Source of the DNA: Sphyrna mokarran | Taxonomy: Eukaryota | Length of the DNA: 64,000 nt | Direction: 5' to 3' | Assembly (NCBI GenBank): GCA_024679065.1 | Contig: JAGIQG010000004.1 | Coordinates: 26,722,001 to 26,786,000, forward strand | Shown here: in pieces, positions 25,912 through 38,233 of the stretch | Layout: every line of letters starts with the position of its first letter | Position numbering within the stretch: position 1 is the stretch's first letter | Notes under the pieces: generated by a model | Seen by the model: the letters and a program-made list of their open reading frames with translations, nothing else | What the model was told of the DNA's origin: nothing | Database searches by the model: none | Position numbers and translations under genes: made by a program

Positions 25912-26249
25912 ATGAAGTGCATGTTTGCCCACTAATGCTTACCACTACTCTTTCTGTGTACATTGCATGTTAAGTCGCTGTTTACCCAACAAAAACATGT
26001 GCTCACAATAAAAAAAAATGCTCACATCAACTTGTCTTTCAGCATTTGCAGGTTTTCATTACTGAATTGGCTTTTTCTCTTTTGGCATTCAGATATTATT
26101 CAATTTAAATACACAACTAGATTAACAAACTTTTGTATGATTATACCAATGCTTAGCTGCCTTAAACAGATTGATGAACCATTCTGTAGAAGTTCTAAGA
26201 TTGTCTGTTAATTTTCCACTGTCACTAAGCTTCACGACTCCTCAGACAG

Positions 26250-26500
26250 CATTTTCTAAGTCCGTGACCAGCCTGGGAACACCATTACCTGGAGATTCCT
26301 CTCCAAGCCAATCACCATCCTGACTTAGAAATATATCTCCATTCCTTCATTGTCACTGGATTAAAATCCTGAAATGCCTTCCTAACTGCATTTTGAAAGC
26401 ACCTATGCCACATGAACACCAGCGATTCAAGAAAGTAGCTTTACGAAGGCAATCAGGAATAGACAATAAACTTAGGCCACATCCCATAAATGAACTGAAA
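26250..26500 (+). mobile_element. CR1-group LINE family B 3' end
   Basis: Matches 11395-11640 (gggaacaccattacctggagattcctctccaagcca..caccatcctgactt). Confidence 0.7.
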
Positions 26501-26559
26501 AACATTATATTCACAAGAATTGCTCACTTTCAAACTAGGTATCATCATGCATACTGTTT

Positions 26560-27680
26560 TTTTTGATTAAGTAACAGAGAAGGTTGGAGAATGCACTGGA
26601 TGTTGTTTGCGTATATAGATTTTAACAAAGAACCACATAAAAGGCTGACTAAAAAATACTTCATGTAATAGGGGCATTGGTGTCAGCGTGAATGAAAAAA
26701 ATAATAATTTAAAGATAGGAAACAGCAAGTTGTGGTATACAGGTGCTTTTCAGGCAAATGCATGGTAGATGATGCCATCGAAAGGCCAGTGCTAACACCA
26801 CTGCTATTTTGCTATATATAAATGACTTGGATATCAGAATATAGAATGAAATTTCAAAATTTGTCAATGATAACACTGAGGATGGTACAAATCGCCTCCA
26901 ACAGGTTATACAAAGGATAACAGAAGGTCAAACAAGTAACAGATAATATAGAAACAAAAATCTGGCATGATGCAATGACAGCCCTTTGGCAGAAAGGATG
27001 TGGAAAAGCAATACAATCTTAAAGTTCTACAACGTATGCAAGGACCAAAGATCCTTATGGTAGAAATGCACAGATCTTTGAAGATGGCAAGATATATTAA
27101 CAGAGTGGTTTGCAAAGCCAATGAGATCTTGGGATTGATAAATAAAAATATATAACCTAAAAGCAGAAAGGTCATGCCGAACCTTTATAATGCTCTTGTT
27201 ACATCACAACTAGAGTATGGGATCCAGTTCTGGTAACCAGAGTTCAGGAAGGAAGTGAGAAGATGCAGAGGGGATTTAGCAAATGGTTCCAGGCATGAAC
27301 ATCCTTGCTTAAAGTTAGTTGTTCTCAGTGCATCAAATGAGTTTGAGGAGAGATGTGACAGAAGTGTACAAGATTGTGACAGATTTTGACAAGGTATACA
27401 AAGAAATGTTGTTTCTTTTAGCTGGTGGTAGAAAAGACTTCAGGGACTCAGAATTAACATTTCAGCAAGGGATGCAGAAGAAATGAGAGGAAGAAATACT
27501 TTGCACAGTAATGAACTGGAACACAATGCCCAGGAGGGGAGAGAGTTAATGATTTTCAAAAGATAATTCATATCACATGAGAAAAATAAATTCACAGAAC
27601 TACAAGAGTGGAGATGGGAAGACCAACTGACAACATATTTGCAGCATAGGCTGAATAACCTCCTTCTGTGCTGTAATGGC
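26560..27680 (+). mobile_element. CR1/HER1-like LINE, heavily decayed
   Basis: IYINDLD..I...ISKFVND, LYNALVTSQLEYGIQFW and the tail ggctgaataacctccttctgtgctgtaa. Confidence 0.75.
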
Positions 27681-27712
27681 ACCTGTACTCATTGGTCCAA
27701 AGCAGTCTCTTG

Positions 27713-28832
27713 AGAGGTAAAATTGGATAGGAAGGCAGGGGGGAATCTTGGGGTGTTTCCCTGTTCCACTACAATTTTACCTCTCTAGGGGAGATGGCAG
27801 GCATTCCTCCTGTTGGCTAAGTGAGGTCATTAACCTCTTCCTGCCACTGCTGGTATTTTACAAGCAGCGGGACAGGGGCCACACCACATGATGAGGACAC
27901 ACCATGCAACCTGACAGCCTGACTGTTTGGATTGAGGTCTGGGGGGATAAAATAGGTCCCTCTTATTCAGGCACCCTGTACTCAACAGATGGCTCCCTCC
28001 ACCTGCTTGAATTAAGTCTCAGTTGGTCCCCCATTTTTGCCTCAGCAGATCCCCAGGAAGCCTGTCCCATTCACAACACAAGAACATAAAATGCATATTT
28101 TTTAAAAAAGCTATTATGTTAGACAGAGAACCAGCTGTCAGACTCTAAGCCTCCAACAATGTTCCTAATCTGGCTCCAACCACCATTTTTGGTGGCATTG
28201 CTTGGGCTTGAGCTGCCAGCCCTCTGCTTAGCCAGCAGCTCTAAGAGGCAAGACACCCTGCCTTGGGTTGGGGATGGTGGGGAGAGCAAAGGCCACAACC
28301 TCTGCAACTAATTGCACAATGACGGTAAATTCTGGTTCTGGCTTCCACGACCAGCAACTTTCCCCCAGTACCAGAGGGGCAATCGTCTCATCATTAAATC
28401 ACAGCGCAAGGCTCGACCGCATTTAGTCAGAAAGATGAATATTAACTACCAGCTATTCAAAGAACTGAGGTTGTATTTCCCTCCATTCTGCAGCCCCACA
28501 TTGCATAAGATAGGTACAGAAAAATAGACGCTGGGGCCTCCTGTTTCTCCTGCATCCTACTTGACTTTTCTGCTCCCACTCAGATCCTTGCTAATCCTAA
28601 TCAGTGGGCAGACCCCAAGTTTCCAGCAGATTTCTCTCCCACCTGTTGCTTTTATTGTTAGGCGAATGGTGGCAGCAGATCTGAGAGCGCAGACCTTGAT
28701 CTTTCCTGATTGAAAGGGGTGCTATCACACAGATGCTTCTTGGTCATTGCAATGGGGTCAGTGACTTATTTTTGTAGTCCTTTGGATTCGCTCAGACTGA
28801 CAGAAAATTCTAAAGGAGTGAAATCAGGCCCA
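27713..28832. mobile_element. Cluster of old GC-richer MITE-like remnants
   Basis: TIR-like words gaggtaaaatt (27714) and gtgaaatcaggccc (28818-28831) resemble the other Harbinger-type ends. No clean TSD. Confidence 0.3.
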
Positions 28833-30384
28833 ACAGAATAAAGGGAGTCAGTTCCTCATCATGAAAACATCATAAAATATCTTTAAGTTATTCTCATGCT
28901 GACTTCGTATTTATAAACAGACATTAACTTATAAGCATGTACGACTTCATAATTCTCCATTTTTATTACTGCTCCATTCTTGCAGATTAAAGCAGATCAG
29001 AGAGCTGTGTGATATTGCCAAGCTGTGTAGCTTCCCAAAATTCCAGTGCAGCAGAGGCTTAAAATAAGTTCACACAACATTGTAATAAAACCTCATTACA
29101 GTTCCAGAACAGCAGCAATTTAAACTGAATACATCAGAGGTGCAAGACAGACTAGACATAGCATCCATCCTACCCCACTCCAACAAGTAGCTCTCCAGTT
29201 TTAACAGAGGAGGTATATAAAAACAGATCAAACTAAAATATTGTCATTCCTTACTCCAAGCAACACAGAATTTTAGAAAATAAACAGTTTAGATAGCACT
29301 ATAATATATATCGCTGATGTTCACAATGCAAATTATTTAAAATGAGTAGACCGTATTGTAGGTACTCGATAAGTATTCATAGTATTTTACTGTTTTTTAT
29401 TGACCCTGATTCAATGATGACAAATATTATGGATGAACAAGTATAACCTATATTGTTATCTGTCTATTCACAGTATGATCAATTTGTACACTGTGTTCCT
29501 GTTCAAGTGTTAACAGTGAACTGTCTCTAGCAGCGGACAATTTCTTTCTTTTGTCTGCAAATCAATTAGTATGTCTGTGCTCGCAACTACAGTATTATTA
29601 ATAAGAAACCAAGCATCTGGTTTTACTTTTTTTTTGAAATCAGAACTTAATGGTTGAATAAATGTGTGATTTATGCTATCCTATGGAATTGCACATGGCA
29701 AACAGATGGGGGCATTACACACCAAACTATCCCAAATGTGAACAGTGCTGTTTTCATTACTGGACTGTATAAATTTTCAAAGTTTTCTTCTTGGTGACTG
29801 TTACTTGCAGTAGTTGAAAAATAACATTGTTTCAGATAAATTCCAAATTTAATCATAAAGGCATTTTTAAAAATACATTGTGGAGTCAACAATGTGCAGC
29901 ATTATCACATGTCAGATACCTATTACTTGCATTTACTGTGAGTCAACACGTAAGTCCAGTGTCCATATACCATAATCCAAATATGAAGCACTGCATAGAT
30001 AAGGTTAAGCTCTTATATGCATGGAAATTAAAGAAAAACCCCATAATTCACTATTCCATATAAATTTGGGGTGAGTCTTCAAAAGTTTTGAAACTGTACT
30101 GCACTATTGCTGTCCTCAGAGCCACACCTCATTGCATAATCTTCTCCACTATAGCCAGTGTTTGATACTGATCAGTTGGATGGGCCATATTTTTTGAGGA
30201 CACTTTTTCAAGGATAGGCCAGCTGCTCTGCTTAATAACCCATTCCTGTTTCCTGTCACAGCCCATTATGCACTGGGTTTGGAACCGCTCTTGCAGTCCA
30301 CAATCTCATTAAGATGCCTTTGGGAATTTTCTGTTAAAGAGTTACTATTTTTATTGGCAAAATATTGAGTTTTAAGGACTTATG

Positions 30385-30830
30385 TATCACTGCTTGGTAG
30401 GCTCCTTCTTTGACCAAGAACGCAATATACTACAAAGAGCTATGAATGTAGCTCAATCCATCATGCAAATCAGCCTCCCATTCATTGATGTCATCTACAC
30501 TTTCCACTGCCATGGAAAAGCACTCAATATAAGCATCCAGGACATACACTCTTCCACCTTTTTCCATTGGGAAAAAGATACAAAAATCTGAGGTCATGTA
30601 CCAACCGATTCAAGAACAGCTTCTTCCCTGCTGCCATCAAACTTTTGAATGGGCCTACCTTATCTTAAGTTGATCTTTCTCTACACCCTAGTTATGACTG
30701 TAACACTATCTTCTGAACCCTCTCTTTCCTTCCTCCCTAAGGAATCTAGGTACAGTATGCTTTGTCTGTATGGTACGCAAGAAACAAGTTTTCACTGTGT
30801 GACAATAATAAATAATGAATCAAATTTATA
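30385..30830 (+). mobile_element. Rex1/Babar LINE 3' end
   Basis: LQRAMNVAQSIMQISLPFIDVIYT.HC.GKA and TNRFKNSFFPAAIKLLN (Rex1 C-terminus), then a 3' UTR ending ttttcactgtgtgacaataataaat. Confidence 0.8.
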
Positions 30831-31212
30831 AAAAGAATCAAATTCAAGCTGCTTTAGTAACTCACAATTGGCAAAGACACTTCAAATTGTGCAACACTTT
30901 CACAAGAAATGGTGTGTCAGAAAGGTTTTGGTCAGCTCTCCTTTCTTCTGGCCTCCACTTGATGCCTCATCATGTTAGATAGAGAAAATAGAACCTCATT
31001 ATGCAAGATCATACGATCAGTTTCTGCTCCACCATTCAAAAATGCAGTGTATATGCTAGAGAGGAAACATTTTGCAAGACAGAGTGGACAACACGCACGC
31101 ACTGAACAAGATACATGAAGGAGATGCAATCAGTGAGTGACTGGAGTAGATGAAAAATATACAGGAGACACTGGAAACAATGCACAGGAAATTGGAAGCA
31201 CTGACAATCACT

Positions 31213-31329
31213 AGGACAGAATTTTCCATCCATGCTCATCACAAAAGGGAAAATCTGCCTGAGGTCAATGGACCTTTGCGCCTATCTACAACAATTCTCA
31301 TGGCAGTTAGGATGGGAAAATTTCAATCT
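31213..31329. mobile_element. ~120-bp MITE
   Basis: aggacagaattttcc ... gggaaaatttcaatct. Internal aatctgcctgaggtcaatggacctttg is shared with 49558-49590. Confidence 0.5.
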
Positions 31330-31669
31330 GGGGATGGAACAATGCAGGACAGTATGGACAAAACTGCTCAGTTAGTAGGAGTGTGTATTGTGAGTGATTT
31401 TCTCAGGTGCTGCTTATATACTATCAATAATTACATTATTTCACTAAGAAAATAAAAGGAACATTTTGAACATTGCAAAATTTACAAGAAATGATATCAA
31501 TATAAAATCTGGAGCATGGTGCAAAGCTGTAACATGATCATGGAACACTGTACTAATGAAGAACAAATGGATTCCAAACCCCACTTCACCAAAGATGTTG
31601 TTACCCATTCCAGCCCCTTGATTAAACTTTCATTCATTGACACTTTTCAGATTTAATTCCATTGCTACA

Positions 31670-32320
31670 TGCTTTTTTGATAAGGTCACAGAGAATTGAT
31701 GAGGACAATGCGGTTGACTTACGGGACACAGACCTCCAAAAGGCAATTGATAAACGTCATGCAACAGACTAATCAGCAAAGTTATAGCACAAGAACCATT
31801 GCAAATGAAAAGTTATAGGAATAGAGAATAACAATGAATTGTTTTACTTAGACTGGTGAAATAGAGCAGTTCCTCAAGTGTTAATATTAAGAATCATAAA
31901 ATTCCTACAGTACAAAAGCAGGCCACTCAGCCCATTAAGTCTACACCAACTCTCCAACGCAGCATCTTACACAGGCCCCATTCCAACAGCCCCAAATAGT
32001 CACCCCACAAATTCCTCTAACCTACCCATTTTGGGACACAAAGGGACGATTTAGCATGGTGAATCCACCTGACCTGCCCATCTTGTGCCTGTGGGGGCAA
32101 TCCAGAGCAAAAACTCTGCTTTTCTTGATTTATATTCATGACATAGACTTAGGCACAATTTCACAGTTTAGGGATTATGCAAAGCTTGAACGTATTGTGA
32201 AATATGAGAAGGAGCCTTCAAGAAGAGGCTCTGGGGTGCGTGGAATGCTAGCAGATGAATTTAATTCAGAGAAAGTTGAGGTAATTAATTATGATAGGAA
32301 GAACACAGAGAGACAATAGC
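31670..32320 (+). mobile_element. CR1/HER1 RT fragment split by a SINE
   Basis: DLQKAIDK before the SINE. LLFLIYIHDIDLGTISQFRDYAKL...FNSEKVEVINYDRKN after it. Confidence 0.65.
31892..32098 (-). mobile_element. HE1-like V-SINE, 5'-truncated
   Basis: cctacagtacaaaagcaggccactcagccc...tttagcatggtgaatccacctgacctgcccatctt. Confidence 0.7.
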
Positions 32321-33483
32321 CAGGATTTTCCACCTGTTTTTGGTGGATGGGAAAGTTGGTCGGTGTAGAGAATTCAACAGGAGTCCCCAAATGGTTTTTA
32401 CACCATTTGTGGGATGTTCAGTTGTTTTACAAGTTCAGTTCTAAAGTTTGAAACACATGTTGCCAACAGAAATTGTGATTACTCAATAGTGCCTTTATTA
32501 TTTTTGTTACACTAAATATCTTAAAATGTGAAATCTTGTTGTGTCATACATTCAGGTTTTAACTGGAAGTTCAAATTTATTTTTAAAATTTATGCGTCTT
32601 TACAGGGATTGTAGCATTATACCGATTCTCGACACATTGCATCAAGCACAGCTTTAATACTAAATATTGTGATTACTGATAAACAGATGACTGACTGGAA
32701 GTGGCATGTAAATTATAATGGTGACCAGCCTGATGAGGATATGTACTGATAACATGGGATGTTGATATCAGCCCTTTGTTTGTACATGAAATATTAGCCA
32801 TTGTACATACCTTGGATTAGGCTAACTATAATATCTATTGATCATTTAAAGCAGTTTTGGCTTGCTTCATAGTTTTCATAAAACAACTTTTTTTTTGCAT
32901 ATACGGTTTATAAAACTAAAGCAAACCAACATTTTTGGAAAACAGAAAACTAGTCTGAAGTGCTGTAGATTCAAAACCAAACAAACATTGTAGAGTCACA
33001 TCGGAGCTGCCACTTGGTTGTCAAAATACTAGAGTAAAGCCAGAAGGGTTACATTGATTCCCATCAAGGAATGCACAGGTTCTCATAGGGAAAGCATAGA
33101 AAAAGACAGCATTTTCAAAATTTGCACAGTTTAATTGTTGCAATTCCCTACCAGATCATTATTTTCAACAAAATTATATAATCATTCAGACATTTACATC
33201 TCAGCAAGTAATATGCGTGATGGAATGGGTAACAAATGCTGGTCCAGCCACTGATGCCCATGCGACTTGAACAGATTAAAAAAAAGAGTTGAGATCAATT
33301 AGTAGCTTTGAAATTAATTCTAATTAAAATAGGATGTGTTTGTCATCATAATTAACATTAATGATGCTAAGTTTTACAATGTTAATCAAACATACTTCGC
33401 ATTTTGCAAACGACTGTAATGAAAGGATTTCATCTTTAACAAGAGAAATACTTATTTTAATGATGAACCTTCTGTGAGGAATA

Positions 33484-33822
33484 ATCATAGAAAATCATTG
33501 AAACCCTACAATGCAGAAGGAGGCCATTTGGCCCATCTGCACCAACATCCAGCCCAATGTGTGATCTGCACCAACATCCAACCCAAGTCCTATCTCTAAC
33601 TCCTCTAATTCCCCTAACCCATACATCCTGAGACACTAAGGAGTAATTTAACATGGCCAATCCACCTAATCTGCCCATCTTTGGACTGTGGGAGGAAACC
33701 AGAGCACCCGGGAGCAGCTCACACATGGGGAGAACATGCAAACTCCACACAGACAGTCATTCAAGGCTGGAATTGAACTCGGGTCCTTGGCACTGTGAGG
33801 CTGCAGTGTTAACCACTGTGAT
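33484..33822 (-). mobile_element. HE1-like V-SINE
   Basis: Minus strand shows cacagtggttaacactgcagcctcacagtgccaaggacccgagttcaattcc (A/B boxes), the V core gtgtggagtttgcatgttctcccc and a HER1-like tail. Confidence 0.9.
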
Positions 33823-33904
33823 GCTCAAAAGAACAAAAAGAAATTCAGGAAGGCAAACATTCAGAAATGAACCCTTCCATTGCTACCTTCTGTCTTCTTT
33901 GACC

Positions 33905-34285
33905 AAGTAAAGTTTTACAACACCAATTTTAAATCCAACCAATTTATTTGATAGTAAATTCGCGAGCTTTCGACTTTATAGCCTTCGTCAGCAAATGCAG
34001 TGTTCTGGTCTGCAATGGCACTCATATCCACACAGACAGTTACAGATTGCTGATTAGAATGCGAATCCTTACATCTAACCTGCTATTCAAGTGTTAAAGT
34101 AGCTAACAATGTGTGTGAAGGGAATCCTGAGCATTGGTTAGAGAATTGTGTATTTTCTCCAGACAGTGAGGTTTTTTGCTAACCCAGGCAAGTTACGGGG
34201 GTTACAGATAGTGTGTCATGAAGCCAAGATCCCTATTAAGACCGTCCTCATGTGTGTGGAACTTGGCTATCAAGTTTCTTTGACC
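33905..34285 (-). mobile_element. Penelope family B 3' end (ORF C-terminus and terminal repeat)
   Basis: Minus strand encodes KLIAKFHTHEDGLNRDLGFMTHYL* (Penelope C-terminal GLN motif), then the repeat shared with 46846-46952 and 57816-57990. Confidence 0.8.
33958..33996 (-). ncRNA. Minimal type-I hammerhead ribozyme motif (Penelope-associated), slightly degenerate
   Basis: Minus strand AUUUG-CUGACGA-A-GGCU(AUAA)AGUC-GAAA-GC-UC-GCGAAU: intact core, 4-bp stem II, palindromic AGCU helix III. Stem I is off by one nucleotide. Confidence 0.65.
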
Positions 34286-34589
34286 AAGCCAGTTTTGTAT
34301 CCACCTTGCCAACTCACTTCTGATCACATGCGACTTCACCTACTGCAACAGTGTGCCACAAGGGACTTGCATTCAAATAAGTACATGGTCACTCAAATTT
34401 CACTAAAAGACACTTGCCACCTACTATATAAGTGTTCAAACTATGCTTGAATACGTTGTCATTTTAATACTAGTCTGTGATCAACACCATGAGATGGAAG
34501 CATTATTCCTTCGAAATCCAACATTTTCAGTCATGGCCCTGGTTAATCAACTATTGGCATGCATCATGCAATGGTGGGTGTGGACCCTC

Positions 34590-34765
34590 TTTGATTTAAT
34601 TTATTATTGACACATGTATTGAGATACAGTGAAAAGTATTGTTTCTTGCAAGTTATACAGGCAAAGCATACTGTACATAGAGAAGGAAAGAAGGTGCAAA
34701 ATGTAGCTTTACTTTCATAGTGTAAAGAAAGATCAACTTAATACAAGGTATATCCATTTAAAGAT
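34590..34765 (-). mobile_element. Rex1/Babar 3' UTR fragment
   Basis: Reverse complement matches 30660-30830 (aagttgatctttct...gtacagtatgctttg...caagaaacaa..ttttcactgt). Confidence 0.75.
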
Positions 34766-34894
34766 CTGCTAGAGAGGGAAGAGTAATACATTTAATGTGT
34801 AAATTAAGTAGTCCTTGGCAAAGGTCAAGGAGCAGTTTAGTGATCTGTCCTATGAATTATGCTGCTTGTTGCAGCAATATGCAGAAATATTGCA

Positions 34895-35233
34895 GGGCAG
34901 CATGGTAGCACAGTGGTTAGCACTGCAACCTCACAGCTCCAGGGACTTGAGTTTGATTGCTGGGTTGGGTCACTGTGTGGAGTTTGCACTCTCAGTGTCT
35001 GTGTAGGTTTCTTCCAGGTATTCTGGTTTCCTTCCAGATTTCAAAGACACGTGGGTTAGGTGGATTGGCCAAGCTAAAATTACCTCTTAGTATCTCAGGA
35101 TGCCTCAGTTAGAGGGAGTAGTGAGATAAATATTTGCGATTCCGAGGACAGGGCCTTGGTGAGATTGTTGTCGTTGCAGATTTGGTAGACTGAATGGCCT
35201 CCTTCTGCACTGCAGGGTCTCTAAAGTTTCTAA
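34895..35233 (+). mobile_element. HE1-like V-SINE
   Basis: gggcagcatggtagcacagtggttagcactgcaacctcacagctccagggac head, V core and tail gaatggcctccttctgcactg. Confidence 0.9.
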
Positions 35234-35639
35234 GTTAAATGGGATGAGGAGAAAAAAAACAGATTGTTTTGAAGAGATCTAATGCATTCAAAATGTACCC
35301 GCATTGGTTTGACTTCACACAATATTGTAATGCCAAGAAAAAGCATCATATATGGGCTGTCAGTTAAACCTGGAATTCAATGTGTGATCATATAGAGATG
35401 GGTGAAATGAGTAACCTATTATACCATCTAACTGCATTTAATACCCTGTCAAATGTGTTAATGTAGACAGTGAAAGCTCCATTTTGAACAATCTATGAAA
35501 CTTATTGTTTGTCTTCTGTTTTGTTGCAAGTTACTTTTAATCATGTTTCCACTAAAATAAATTACATGATAGTTTGTCCTTGAAACATTTTCTAAAAGCC
35601 CTGACCTGTAATACTCACTCCTTCAGTATGTTATGCAAA

Positions 35640-35960
35640 CTGACATTCCTCAAGGGTGAGCACAATCGGTAAATGTTGGCATTTGGTTGAGGGAGGCATC
35701 AGTGCAAGCCTGATCCTGCTCAAAGTCATGACAAACATTCACTGCCCAGCAGGAGCCACTGGATACCAATAAAAAAATTGAAATTATACATCTCTCCTTT
35801 ACTGTGGGGACAGGGATGTGGGGTGGGGGGATGCAATGACAAAATCTAAGATCCTTATTATTGTCTACATGAAATCAACAAACTAAGTTCAGAAGCATTA
35901 CTGAACCTGGAACCTTTCTCATTTTGAGAGATTCTGTATATTTAGCAACAAATCCATTCT
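35640..35960 (-). mobile_element. Old SINE-like repeat
   Basis: Similar to 23770-24000. Heavily diverged. Confidence 0.3.
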
Positions 35961-37907
35961 TTCACTGAATGGCTTGAAACTCACTATTTAAATCTGAAAA
36001 GCTAACCATTTTCTACAGTGGATTAAACTGCTGTACCAGTGTGGATAAGATGCATTTCTAATTATATCCTGTGTTCTATTCAGTCCTATTATTTGCAACA
36101 GCACCAGAAAGGTCACTTTAAACTGTTGGTCTAAATTGTTATTTTGACTTACTGCACCTCTTAGAACAAAATTGGCTGAAATATAACTAGTGCTGCCTTC
36201 AGGCACCAAAGTGATCATTTCAGTCATAGTCATGCACCATATAAACCAGCCATTTCCCTGACTACAATCTCTCTACTTCTTAGACTACATTATCAAAAAG
36301 AAGTATGAGGTGGGGACAAGGGAATTATAATTCCTAGTGGGTTTCCAGTGGGAAACCTTGGTTCCAGTTGGCTTCCCATCCACCTGTGGCACGATTAGGA
36401 CACAGTGATTTTAAATGTCAGGCTTCATTAACATGTTGCTGCTCCAAGTGCGCAGAAAGTGGCTGCCAATCTCTGCATGATCATTGACTGCCTGCCAGCA
36501 AAGTGTGGGGAAGGGGGTTCTCTGTGGGTCTCATTACAGAGAAGCAGAGGAGTCTGGAACTGAAGAGTCTAAACTGCAATAATAAAGCCATTCAGGTCAA
36601 AGTTAAAATAGCTGTCAGGGTTCAATAATATAATCTGACTCTGAGTAACATTTCTGGATTAGTGTCCCACCAGCTCCGTGCAGCTACCTTATCTGCATGT
36701 TTATAACCATGTATTAAAATTGGGAATTGTATTCTGGATAGCTTTTTGTTGGATAAGCGACTCAGAGTAATTTAATTGTCCAACCAGTTTTTTGGAAGGC
36801 AATTCAACGGAATTATACTCTTCCACGACTTTGCCAGTGCAATGCTCCTCCGTAGGAAAAGAGTAGTCAGATACTTACCCCAATAATCAAAAGAATGAGT
36901 TTATCCAAAATAATCTTGGGCAGGATGTATTTTTCTTTTCTTTGAGGTACCAGTAACAGGATGAATATCTGGCTGGAATTAACTCAGTTAAAGACTGCCT
37001 GAATAGGTTTCTCAACACAAGTGAAACAATAAAACTATAAAAAATAATGGAGAGTTCAGGATGAATTGAATTTTAGGTCCAGAGATCAGAATATAGCCAG
37101 TGTGTGCCCTCTCAATGACAAAAATACATACACCAGTATTTCAATTCACATACAGTAAAGGACATTTGTGCAGGTCAGAGTAAAGTTATTACATTAGATT
37201 TTGCAATTGACACCTTCTGATTCACTGGCTAGCAAGCATGAGTCTCTAATTGAGTTGTGCTTCAGAACTATTTAAATTTGACATTAGTGCATGTATTTCC
37301 CATGATCAATGAATGAGAGATTGTAATACAATCTCAGTTTAAAAAAATTCTCAGCTTTTGAATATGGATCCTGAAATTATTAAAAAAACTCAATTATCAT
37401 CTGATAATTTTTACATTGAGTTTCCCAAAATTCAGGCCTTATTTCAAGCAAGTGAACATTCACTGTTATACAAGCATAGCATCATTATAGAATATACAAT
37501 AGTGTCATGAATGGTACATGTCAGAATATGAAGCAGCACAACAGCAAGAATAATTTTGTACACAGCCCAAAAGCCATGCACAATCTCTGCATTATTCCAA
37601 TACATTATGAGCACATGAAAAGATAATCATTCAGCACAACAAAAATGGAAAAATGATAGCACATTGCACAGATAAAAATGAAATTTGGCACCTGGCAAAT
37701 ACACCATCCTAAATCACATGCAATTAACCAAGTTAATTGTTATTTTTGATTTATTTTATGCCAGATTAAAATGGGGTTTCTGTTCAAATAAGCATTCCAG
37801 TATTAGCATCAGGAGAAATGTTCTCTTCTATACTGAGCCGAATACATCCTCTCTATTCACTGGATTTTAATCACTATGATGATATCCTCAAATATTCACA
37901 AAATCCT

Positions 37908-38233
37908 GGAATCCCTGGAATGCAGAAGGAGGCCATTTAACCCATAGAGTCTGCGCCAACAACAATCCCACCCAGGCCATAACTCTACATGTTTATCTCG
38001 CTACTCCCTCTAACCTATGCATTCTGGGACACTAAGGGACAACATGGCATGACCAACATACCTAACCTTCACATCTTTGGACTGTGGGAGGAAACCAAAG
38101 CACCCAGAGGAAACCCACAGAGACTTAAGGAGAACGTGCAAACTCCACACAGACAATGACTTACACCAGGAATTTAACTCAGGTCTCTGGAATTAAGAGG
38201 CAGTAGTGTTAACCAGTATGCCACAGTGTCACC
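37908..38233 (-). mobile_element. HE1-like V-SINE
   Basis: Full head-core-tail order, homologous to 33484-33822. Confidence 0.9.

Noticed and set aside
30930-31455. Overlapping short ORFs with a coiled-coil-like start (MKNIQETLETMHRKLEAL)
   Set aside because: The ORF runs through a MITE and the upstream frames contain stops.
36872-37010. Possible minus-strand exon with a GTAAGT donor
   Set aside because: Only a short unrecognised hydrophobic frame, with no supporting exons.
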